Below are positions 49,920 to 59,834 of a stretch of DNA of 64,000 nucleotides, one piece after another. Position numbers and translations under genes: made by a program. The stretch comes from an uncultured Acidobacteriota bacterium (GTDB taxonomy: Bacteria; Acidobacteriota; Vicinamibacteria; Vicinamibacterales; SCN-69-37), in contig CAVTWK010000002.1 of assembly GCA_963738485.1 (NCBI GenBank), forward strand, positions 63,183 through 127,182, given 5' to 3'. How positions within the stretch are numbered: the stretch's first letter is position 1; each line of letters opens with the position of its first letter. The notes under the pieces are model-generated. The model was not told the DNA's origin. It worked only from the letters and a program-made list of their open reading frames with translations, and did not search any database.

Positions 49920-50852
49920 ATGAACGAGCAGGACACGCCTCGCTTGCCAAGCCGCCGCGAAGTGCTTGCCGCTGGGGCTCTCGCGCCAATTGGCTTCGGT
50001 GCGCTCGTGCAACGCGGCGCGCCAGCACCGGTGCCAGCGGCGACCACCACCACGGCGCTTGGACCGCCGCCCTACACGCTCTCGATCAACATGGAGATCA
50101 TGTTCCGATCGACGAAGCTCTCGCGGGCCGACCGGATTCGGGCCATCGCCGCGAAGGGGTTCAAGGGCTACAGCTTCTGGAGCGCAAACGCCGACGACCG
50201 CGCGGCCATGCTCAAGGCGCAGCAAGAAACCGGCCTCACCTGCGTCAGCCTCGTCGGCACCGGTCCCGCAGGCAGCAGCACGGGCTTCACGCGCCCCGGG
50301 TCAGCTGACGTGTTGCTGAACGAGATCCGCGAACGCGTGGAAATCGCCAAGTCCTTCGGCGCACCGGACCTCATCAGTTTCGTCGGGCTCTATCACAACG
50401 ACGTGCCGTGGGACGTGCAGCGCGCGGGCATCATCGACGGTCTGAAACGCGCCGGCGACATCGCCGCCGCTGGCGGCGTCACCATCGCCTTCGAACCGCT
50501 GAGCGACTTGCCGCGGCGCGCTCTGGACCGCACCGCCGAGGCGTTTCCCGTCATTCAGGAAGTGAACCACCCGAATGTGAAGCTGTGCTTCGACATCTAC
50601 CACCTGCAGCGCACCGAGGGAAATATCGTCGTCAATCTGCGCAAGGGACTGAGCGAGAAGCTGATCAGAGTAGTGCAGATTGGGGACAATCCGGGCCGGC
50701 TCGAGCCGGGTACGGGCGAGATCAACTATCCGTTCATCTTCAAGGAATTGCGGCGGCTTGGATACGCCGGCTGGCTCGATACCGAGATGGGCACATCGAG
50801 CACGCCCGATCACGCGATGGACGTCGCGCGCAAGCTCTCGCTGGAGAATTGA
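49920..50852 (+). CDS. Tat-exported hydroxypyruvate-isomerase-like TIM barrel protein
   Basis: GGAGG RBS; SRREVL; FEPL; FDIYHLQ.TEGN; QIGDNPGRLEPGTGEINY. Confidence 0.85.
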   Translation: MNEQDTPRLPSRREVLAAGALAPIGFGALVQRGAPAPVPAATTTTALGPPPYTLSINMEIMFRSTKLSRADRIRAIAAKGFKGYSFWSANADDRAAMLKAQQETGLTCVSLVGTGPAGSSTGFTRPGSADVLLNEIRERVEIAKSFGAPDLISFVGLYHNDVPWDVQRAGIIDGLKRAGDIAAAGGVTIAFEPLSDLPRRALDRTAEAFPVIQEVNHPNVKLCFDIYHLQRTEGNIVVNLRKGLSEKLIRVVQIGDNPGRLEPGTGEINYPFIFKELRRLGYAGWLDTEMGTSSTPDHAMDVARKLSLEN

Positions 50853-51068
50853 GGCCGTCCGGCAGAATCGCCGCAAACGCCTCGAGTGCATCGAGGGGCG
50901 CTCGCACGTGTGCTGTAGCCTCCATCCTGCTCGATCAGGTCCTGACGGACGCGGCAGCACCTCGGTCTCGGCAACGCTGCCGCGTGTCGGTATGAACTAG
51001 CCATCACGACGGGAAGGACCACGGCCTCCCGGATACCCGGGAGGCCGCTGCATGGTGGTGGCGCGTAC

Positions 51069-54000
51069 TCAGAAGTCGATACGGAACGTGATGCCGAACT
51101 CTCGCGGCGGGTTCGACGCCGTGTAGCGGCCGTGGTTGGTGCTCGTCAGCAGCCGGCTGTCGAGTCCCCGGCACGTTCGGATCGTCCGCGAACGTCAGGG
51201 CGGTGTTCAGGGTCGTGAACTGCGGAGTGTTGAAGATGTTGTAGAGCTGCAGTTGCAGCCGCGCCTGCGCCCGCGAACCGAGTTTCGAGACCGGGAAGCG
51301 ACGCTGGAGCGTCAGATCCCAGTTCCAGAAACCCGGGTTGCGGAGGATGCCGAGCGGCACGTCGCCGAAGTTGCCGACAGTCGCGCTGAGCGGCGTCGCC
51401 ATCGCGAACGCACGCGGGTTGAAGTGGAGCTGATCCTCTTCGGGCAGGTTGGGATCACGCGTGACGTCGAAGACCCCTTCACCCGTGTAGACGCAGGCGG
51501 CCGACGCGCCCGGCGTCAGCGTCGGGTTCGTGTTGGCGATGCCCGTGGTGTTCGTGGTGCAGCCTGGTTGCGTCGCGGACCCGCTGAGGTACTTCGTGAC
51601 GCCGGAAATCATCCAGTCGCGCAGGATCAGGTCCAGCACGGGCACGTCCGGCGTCGGGTTCGGCACCATGTAGCTGTAGTTGATCACCAGATTGTGGGTG
51701 CGGTCGTTGGCCGTCGGCCCCCATAGACGGAGCTTGTTCAGCGCGCCCGTGGGGTCCGCCTCGAGGTAATCGGGGTTGTAGCCGGTCCAGCCCACGCCCT
51801 TGGCCAACGTGTAGGCCAACCCCATCTGCAGCCCGCGGTTCAGGCGACGCTGCACGTTCACCTGCATCGCGTTGTAGCGGAGGGTGTTGTTGTTGACCGT
51901 GTAGCCGTCCGCCGCGTCCCGCCACTGGTTGATGCTCCCGAGCCCCTGGTAGGCGGTCCGCAGCAGGTTGGTGTCCAACCCGTTGCCGTTGAACATCCGG
52001 CTCGGATCCGCCAGCAGATACAGGTTGTTCACCGGGCGGTTGATGTCATCGGTCCGTCCACCCGTATAGGTCCAGGATCCGACGTAGGCCACTTCCGCGG
52101 TGGTGGCGAAGCCGATGTCACGCTGGTAGGTCACGTTCAGGTTGTAGGACCTCTCGAGCGAGCGGGTTTCGCCGCCAGCGTACTGCGAGTTGATCGGCGT
52201 CTCGACGAACGTCTTGCCTGAGGTGGCGAAGTTCTCGATGTTCCCGAACGTCGCCCACCGCACCTGGCGGTTGAACGCCGCGGGCGCCGTGCCCACGAAC
52301 CCTTCCCACGCACCGCGGGTGGGTATCGCGTAGAACGTGCCCGTGGACGCACGCAGCGCCTGCTTGCCGTTCCCGTTGATGTCCCAGGCAAACCCGATAC
52401 GCGGCGCCGCGACGAACGGCGTGAAGCTGAAGTACTCGCCCGGCCGCATGCCGGGGTAGCCGTCGGCGATCATGCCGTTGATCTGCGAGCCCGAGCCCGG
52501 CACGATGTTGCCGATGAACGCGCTCGAAAGCAGCACTCCGGGGTTGGCCCGATCGTAGGCGCGCTGGCTGTTGGCCGGACAGGTCTGGTTCCCGGGCACA
52601 CCCGTCGTGCAGGTCGGGTAGTAGAGGCGCGGCGCCTGGGCCGACGACCAGTCCGGCTCGTAAAAGCCGGCCGTGGACTTGCGCGTATCGAAGTACGAGC
52701 CCGTGTGCGTGAACCGCACGCCGTAGTCGAGCGTGAATCCAGACTTCACGCGCCAGCTGTCCTGCGCGTAGCCTTCCGTCTGCCAGTGCCGCCGGTCGCG
52801 GTCCACGCGGTTGGTGAGCTCGGTGTAGGTCGTGAACACACCGATGAGCGCATTTGCGTAGCCGTTGCCCGTGCTGAGCGGATTCTGGGCGTTGTGCCCG
52901 AAGGCGTAGGTGCCGGCATAATCCGGGCTGAGCGGCTCGGTTTTCGAGGCCCACTCGGCCAGGAACCCGAACTTGTAGCTGTGCCGGCCACGTGACCAGG
53001 ACAGGTCGTTCGTGAACGTCCAGCGGTCGTTGCGATTGGCTGCCGGCAGGATACGGGCCGCGGCTCGGGCCGGGTTGTAGCTGCTGAGGTTGGCGCGGTT
53101 CCCACCGCCATACGTCATGGCCGGCAAATACGGGTACTCATCCGACTGGTCGTACCCGAGGCCTTGCGGGTCGCGGTACGCGCCGAAAGGCTCGAGGCGA
53201 GGCGGCTCGATGCCGACCGCCGTCCGGTAGTACTGGCGGTAATCTTCATTGTACTTGCCGTCGTCCGCATACCAGGCGTAGCTGTTGTGCGCAAACCCGA
53301 GCGTGGTCTCGTTGACCAGGTTCGCCCGGAGCACCTTGGTGATGTTGCCCGTGGAGATGTAGCCCGGTACGGCGTTGTTCGCCCAGCCGATGCCAGGCGC
53401 GAAGACGTTGTTGCTGATGTTGTCTTCGCGATCCTTGATGAACTTGTAACTGCCCCGCAGGCTGGGGCTTAGCACCACGTCGAGCCGCAGCGTGTTGCTC
53501 GTCCGCGAGTGGTACGGATACGTGTCGACGCCGTAATTGTACACGTTGTACTGGTTGTTAGCCGGATCGAAGTACCCGTTCGGCATGGGCAGCAGATTCA
53601 TCATCTGCTGGCCGAGCGAGGTCATACGGCCGTTGACGCAGCCCGCGATGCCCGCGCAGGTGGCTGGAATCCTGTTCCCAGGGAACTGCAGGCCGGTGTC
53701 CGGGTTGATGATCTGCAGCAGCGTGCCCTGGCCCGGGCCGTTCGCGTTGCCGTAGTAGGTCTGCGAGAAGTCCCCCTGCCGCTCGAGCGCCGTGGGATAG
53801 TTGGTGCGCGAGAACGTCGCCGGCCGGAGGTCGTCGGTGAACTCCTGCGACACGAAGAAGAACATCTTGCCGCGGTCGAGCACCTTCGGAATGATCACCG
53901 GACCGCCGAAGCTGTAACCCGGAATGTTCACGCGGTAGTCTGATTTGCCCTGATTGTTCTTGCTGCGGAAGTACTCGTTCGCCCGCCATTCCTTGCGACG

Positions 54001-54792
54001 GGCGTTGTACCAGGCAGACCCCGCGTGGCGGTTCGTGCCCGACTTGGTCGTCATGATGATCAACCCGCCGCTGCTCCGGCCGTTCTCCGCCGTGTAGCCG
54101 CTCGAGATGACCTGCACCTCACCGACGGCATCGAGGTTGGGGTTCACCTGAGCCTGGGTGCCGAGTTCGTCGATGACGTTCACGCCGTCGATGACGACGA
54201 CCTTCGACGTATTGGGCGAGCCGTTGATGGTGATCTGCTCCATCGACGTCCAGGTCGTGAAGCTCCGGTTCATGTTGGTGTCCTGCACGCCCGGAATGAC
54301 GGCCAGCATGCCCCAAATGTCGCGGCCCTTCATCTGGATGTTGGTGAGCTGCTCGGCCGTCACCGTGCCCATGCGCGAACTGCTCGCGGTCTGGACGGCG
54401 GCGGTACCTGCCTCGACCACGACGGACTCCTGGAACTGGCCGACCTTGAGTTCGATCTTGTCGAGGCTCTTGACTTCAGCAGGAGCCACCGAAACGTCGG
54501 TCACCTTGAGTGACGAGAACCCGCTCATCGTGATCTGGACGTCGTAGCGCCCCGGAGGGAGCGCGGAAATGCGGAACACTCCGTCCTTATCCGTCGTGAT
54601 CGTGCGCGCCGAGGTGGTGGCCTGTTCGGTGACGGTCACAGTGGCCCCGGGGAGGGCTCCGCCCTGTGCATCGACGATCGTACCGGTGAGCGTGCCGCTT
54701 CCGACCTGCGCTCGAAGAGTGACGCCGGCCGTCAGAGTCCAACCGAGGATCAGGAGCGGTATTGCCCAGACGCGCAAGTATCGCTGGCTCAT
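51069..54792 (-). CDS. Oar-like TonB-dependent receptor with carboxypeptidase-regulatory-like N-domain; apparent +1 frameshift ~51167
   Basis: GTLTGTIVDAQGGALPGATV; YTAENGRSSG; TKSGTN; QDSWRV; APRIGFAWD. Removing one G gives ...NPPREFGITFRIDF-stop with terminal Phe. Confidence 0.9.
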
Positions 54793-55000
54793 TGAAGAGA
54801 CTCCATTCTGAGTCCTCGCCGAAACGCGTCTCACTGCTCCCGACGTTCACGGACGTCGGACGTGCCGCGCCGCGGGAACCACGCATTTCAACGAAGAATG
54901 CGGAAGGCTAACACATTCGATGCTCGATATGAGCGATTATCGATGACCGATTCAAGCTTGCTCGCTGTCATGTCAGGGCGCCTATCGGTCACCCGCTGAC

Positions 55001-55097
55001 GTGTGGCAGGGACAGTTGCGGCACGACCCGGCGATCAGCGGCCGCATCCTGACCGTCGGTCGCACAGCTCGCAGGGTAGTGGGCGTGAGGCCGCCGC
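55001..55097 (+). pseudogene. Short remnant resembling an ADOP/MacB permease periplasmic segment
   Basis: WQGQLRHDPAISGRILTVGRTARRVVGVRPP resembles W...F..DP.IVGR.I.......VVGVMP. Confidence 0.4.
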
Positions 55098-55303
55098 ATG
55101 GCTGTCCTCGCGTGCGACTCCCGCGGCGCACTCCGGTGGTGGGCAACGGACGAAGGGGACGCGATCGAGCCAAGCCCGACGAACTCCACGCGTCCAGCGA
55201 TCAGTCGCTCTGGCTCGCCTCCGACGGCGTGGGGAAGCGCTCCTGGAACCACCTGTGCCACAGCGGTGTCTCGCGGGAGACGGTCTCGGCCGCCTGATCG
55301 CCG

Positions 55304-55735
55304 TCACGCGCCATCGGAGTGCACGCGCTCGGCGTGCAGTCGGTCGTCAGTCCGATCCCGTTCCAGGGGCAGCCGCCGCGCCAGGATTCGGGCGGTTTCG
55401 ACGCGCTCGAGCTCGAGCGTCAGGTCGGCGGTCCCGCGATCGGCGCGCACGGCGGCGTCTTCGGCCGCCCGCTCCATCGCCATCTCCGCCTTCGCGGACG
55501 ACGTGCCGGCGCCGTCCTCCAGCAACTGGTCGGCCTTCCGCCTCGCTTCCTCGAGCACCGCATCAGCGTCCTCGCCGGCCCGTCGCAAGACGTCGTCGGC
55601 GCGCTCCGCGACGAGATCGCGACCCTCGCCGATCGCCCGGTCGGTGTTCTCGCGTTCCTCGCGCAGACTGGCGTCGGTCTGTTCGCGCTTCACGGAGGGC
55701 TTAGGCGCTTCCAGCACGGAACTAGACGGTATCAC
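55304..55735 (-). CDS. Stand-alone or truncated coiled-coil N-terminal region of a histidine-kinase family
   Basis: GGAG RBS and GTG; REQTDASLREERENTD...LPLERDRTDDRLHAERVHSD-stop. Confidence 0.6.
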   Translation of the reverse strand: MIPSSSVLEAPKPSVKREQTDASLREERENTDRAIGEGRDLVAERADDVLRRAGEDADAVLEEARRKADQLLEDGAGTSSAKAEMAMERAAEDAAVRADRGTADLTLELERVETARILARRLPLERDRTDDRLHAERVHSDGA

Positions 55736-55789
55736 CAAGTCTCCGGCCGCCGCCGCGCCCGCCGCCCGGCCGTCGGCGTCGCTTGAATA

Positions 55790-55828
55790 TGACAGTTGAC
55801 AATGCGACAGTTGTACTGTCACATTAAT
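55790..55828 (+). promoter_or_regulatory. MerR-type promoter/operator
   Basis: TTGACA at 55796; dyad GACAGT-tgt-ACTGTC (55806-55820) in the spacer; extra GACAGTTG at 55791. Confidence 0.65.
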
Positions 55829-55831
55829 CGC

Positions 55832-56236
55832 GTGAGCGCGGCCATCCGCTACGGCATCGACGAACTCGCCGACCTCGGCGGCGTGTCGCGGCGCACGGTG
55901 CGCTACTACATCCAGGAAGGCCTGCTGCCGACGCCCTATGGCGTCGGACGCGGCGACCACTACGGGCCCGAGCACCTCGAGGCATTGCTCGGCATCAAGG
56001 CGCTTCAAGAAGCGGGGAAGACCCTCGAGGAGATCCGGCAGCCGGCGCCAGCCCGTCGTGCGGCGAGCGTGCCGCCACCGGCGACGAAGCCGGCGATCGT
56101 GGACTGGCGGCGCGTGCACCTGGCGCCAGGCGTGGAACTGCACATCTCGAGTGAACAGCGCCTCCCGACCGCAGTGGCGCTGCGGAGTCTGGCGGAATGG
56201 TGCCGCGCCCATCTATCGCGCGGCCGTGAGGATTGA
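55832..56236 (+). CDS. MerR-family HTH regulator
   Basis: YGIDELADLGGVSRRTVRYYIQEGLLP...HY...HL; WRRVHLAPGVELHI. Confidence 0.9.
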   Translation: MSAAIRYGIDELADLGGVSRRTVRYYIQEGLLPTPYGVGRGDHYGPEHLEALLGIKALQEAGKTLEEIRQPAPARRAASVPPPATKPAIVDWRRVHLAPGVELHISSEQRLPTAVALRSLAEWCRAHLSRGRED

Positions 56237-56238
56237 CG

Positions 56239-58756
56239 ATGCCCACCACTGACCTGTTGCCCCGGCAAGGACCCACGGGACTGATCACCAGGACTTTCGA
56301 GGCAGTCCCGCTCGAAGGCGTGTCGGTTGACGCGACGCTCAGCGACATCAGCGCGCGCGTGACGATCACGCAGCGCTACCGCAACACTGAAGCCAAAGCC
56401 ATTGAGGCGGTCTATGTCTTCCCCCTCGATGAGGGGGCCGCCGTCTGCGGCTTCGAGGCCATCGTCAACGGCGTCCACTTCGCGGGCGCGACCAAGCCGC
56501 GCGACGAGGCCTTTCGGGTCTATGACGATGCGATGCAGGCAGGGCACGGGGCCTTCCTGCTGGATGAAGAACAGCCGGACGTGTTCACGGCCAGCGTCGG
56601 CAACGTGCTGCCGGGCACCGAGGTGCTGCTGAAGCTGACCTACGTCACGGAACTCACGCTTGAAGGGGAGTCCCTGCGCTTCGTGCTGCCAACGACGGTG
56701 TCGCCGCGCTACGCGCCCGCCGCGGACCAGCGGGGTATCGGTCGCTCGCCCGCCGACGCGGTGTCGCCGCCGCTCGCCTGGACGGTGCCGTATGGACTCG
56801 ACCTGACGCTGCGCTTGGCCATGCCGGGCGCGATTGGCCGAGTGGCCTCGCCCTCACATCCGATTGACGTGACCCTCACCGGGTCCTCGGCCACCGTCAC
56901 GCTCGCCCAGGCGGCCACCGCGCTCGATCGCGACGTGGTCGTCCTCATCGACGCCGACGGGATCCACGCCCCCCACGTCGTCGTCGAGCGCGACGCCCAG
57001 CGCGGCACCGCCGCGGCGCTGGTGCTGCGGCCGGTGTTCGGCAGCCAGACCGCGCCGGCTGAGGTCTTCTTCGTCGTGGACCGATCGGGATCGATGGCTG
57101 GCACGTCGATCGAAGCGGTCAGGAACGCGCTGCAGTTGTGTCTGCGGTCCCTGGTGGAGGGCTGCCGCTTCAACATCGTCGGCTTCGGATCGCGGTTCGA
57201 TCCGTTGTTCGAGACGAGTCAGCCGTACAACGACGTGACGCTGGCCGCCGCCAGCGCCCACGTGGCCTCGCTCGACGCCGACCTCGGCGGGACGGGAGAT
57301 CCTCGCGCCGCTCGAGTTCGTGTTCGGGCAGCCGCGCACCGACGGCCTGTTCCGACAGCTGCTCGTGCTGACCGACGGCGACGTCACCAATGCGGATGCT
57401 GTGATCGCGCTGGCCGCGGACCACGTAGCAGAGTCTCGCGTGTTCGCGTTCGGCATCGGCCGCGGTGCGAGCGCGCATCTCGTGCGCGGCCTGGCGAGAG
57501 CCGGCGGCGGCGTCGCCGAGTTCATCGCGCCCGGCGATCGGCTCGAGGCCAAGGTGCTGCGGCAGTTTGCGCGCCTGCTCGCGCCGGCGTTGAGCGATGT
57601 CGCGATTACCTGGGGCGCCAGTCGAGCCACGATGGCGCCGTCGAAGCCCCGCCCGGTGTTTGCCGGCGATCGCCTGGTGCAGTACGCGTTTCTCGATGAG
57701 GTCCCGCTCGGGTCAGTGTCGATTGCGGCGCGCGGACCCGCTGGCGCGATCTCGTTCGAGGCCAGCCACGCGGTAACCGACGCGGTGGACGGCACCACGG
57801 TCGGCACGCTCGCCGCGCGCGCGCGCATTCGCGAGCTGGAGGAAGAGCCGGACCTCCTGAGGCGCGGTGGCTCTCAGCAGGTCGATCGCAAGACCGACCC
57901 CGCCAAGGCCGAGATCATCAGGCTCGCGACCACCTACGGCCTGGCGTCGCGGGAAACCTCGCTCGTGGCCGTCGAGGTCCGCGCCAACGTCGTGGCCGGC
58001 GAGGTGGAACTACGGAAGATTCCGGTGGCCGTCCGGTCGGGTTGGGGAGGGATGGAGCAGCTGTTGATCGACAGCGCGCGGGTTCCAGTGGCGTCCCGTC
58101 GGATCATGCCCATTGATGTGTCGCTGCTTTGCATGACGACAGGCGTCGATGACGGCGATGATGACGAGGCGAGCGACGAGATGGCGACGCCGATGGTCCC
58201 GCCGCCCGGTCGCGTCCCGTCCGGCCGCGCCCCGACCGGCCGCCGCATCGGCCAGACGATCAGCGACCTGCTCAAGGCGCCCGGCGCCCTGTTCACGCGG
58301 CGTTCCGGCGCCTCGGCACCGCCCGCGCCCGCGCGTCGAGCGATGCAACAGCCCCAGGCGCCCGTGCCGTCTCCTCCGCCGCCGCGGTCGCCGCGATCGG
58401 CGCGATCGGCTGCGGTGGAGTCCACCGCGTCGCGCGGAACGCGACGCGACTTGCCGTTCGATCGACTGATCGCCTTGCAGGGCGCCGATGGATCATGGGC
58501 GTCTCCCGAGGCCGTGGCAAGGGCGCTCGGCCTCGGACTCGCGGGCCTGCGCCAGGCGCAGCCCGCGGCGCCCGAGCCTGGCGCTGACGACCGCGCCTGG
58601 GCAACGGCGATTGCGCTCGCCTGGCTGTCTGCGCGCGCCGGGTCCCGGCAGGCCGAATGGCGCCTGCTGGCCGCCAAGGCCGAGCGATGGCTGGCCGGCG
58701 CGGTCGCCCCCGGGCCGTGGCGCGAGGTCGTCGAGCGTGCGAGGGCCGTGGTCTGA
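56239..58756 (+). CDS. VIT + vWA domain protein (VWA5A-like); apparent +1 frameshift ~57295
   Basis: QRYRN...IEAVYVFPL; FTASVGN; MIDAS VDRSGSM; GGT(E); LTDG; FGIG; LIALQ.ADGSW; WATAIALAWL; W.LLAAKA..WL. Confidence 0.88.
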
Positions 58757-58920
58757 GGGCCAGACTTTGTCTGGACCCTCGTTCACAGTTCTATCGTTTC
58801 GTGCGACTCCAGTGGCGCACTCCCACGGCGAGGCGCACACCCACGGCAGAGCAGACGCCAAGCGCACCCGCGGCCGCGAGATACCGCGGAAGCGAGCGTT
58901 CGCGCGGGTCGGGCTCGCGC

Positions 58921-59832
58921 TCACGATCCTGCCGGGCCATACACCGCCTTTTCCGGGCGGCGCAGGTAGAGACGACGCTTGATCGCCTCGTACGTGAGCA
59001 CCAAGGAGAACGGCGTGCAGACCCAGACCATGACCGCCTCGATCGGCAGAGGCCAGCCATCACCCCACGCGAACGTCCGCACCCAGACCCCCGTCATCGC
59101 CTCCGGCCGATATCCCCACCAGTGGCGCGGCAGCGCCAGGATGGCCTCCCAGATGAGCGACGTCATCAGCAAATAGAGCGCCGTCACGCCGAAGGCCCGC
59201 CAGTTCACCAGGTGTACCACCGACCTAAAGAGCGCCATCGCAGGGACAAGGGCCACCAGGACGAGGAACGTGAAGTACTCGGGGACGACCCCGGCCGCGG
59301 GCTGCAACCGCATCCGCAGCCAAGCTCCACCGCCGATGAGCGCCAGGCCGTAGACAAGGGCCGTCGGCGCGAAGGCCACGGGAGAGGCCATCGCAACCGA
59401 CGCCCGCCGGGATCCGACGTTGTAGGCCGACAGCCAGTACTCATCGCACCAGACGTACACGAGCAGGATGGCGATCGGCCCCAACAGGTAGAACACCACC
59501 TCTTCGACGGGAATCGCGGGCCCAAACAGCGACGGGAGGTGGCCCAGGTAGCGCACGATCGGATCGTCGAACCGCAGGATGCGGTGGCCGAAGACGAAGT
59601 CCAGGATCAGGCCGAGTCCCGTCACGGAGACCACCGCCAGCACGAACGCACGCCGGCGTCGTCCGCCGCCATCCGTGTAGAACAGGAAGCGGGGCGCGAG
59701 CAGGAAGATGGGGACGAGCCAGAAGAGCAGACTTGACCAGTACTCGAGGCCAATCCTTGCATCGTAGAAGACCGGCGTCACCCACGAGAACAGGAAGACC
59801 CAGAGCCAGTCGAGCTCACGAAGGCGCCGCAC
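58921..59832 (-). CDS. Membrane protein with two lycopene-cyclase-like (CrtYc/d-type) domains
   Basis: Two TM modules: LILDF...IPVEEVVFY and LIWE...WWGY...LPIEAVMVW; start placed at GTG 59832. Confidence 0.6.
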   Translation of the reverse strand: MRRLRELDWLWVFLFSWVTPVFYDARIGLEYWSSLLFWLVPIFLLAPRFLFYTDGGGRRRRAFVLAVVSVTGLGLILDFVFGHRILRFDDPIVRYLGHLPSLFGPAIPVEEVVFYLLGPIAILLVYVWCDEYWLSAYNVGSRRASVAMASPVAFAPTALVYGLALIGGGAWLRMRLQPAAGVVPEYFTFLVLVALVPAMALFRSVVHLVNWRAFGVTALYLLMTSLIWEAILALPRHWWGYRPEAMTGVWVRTFAWGDGWPLPIEAVMVWVCTPFSLVLTYEAIKRRLYLRRPEKAVYGPAGS

Positions 59833-59834
59833 GG

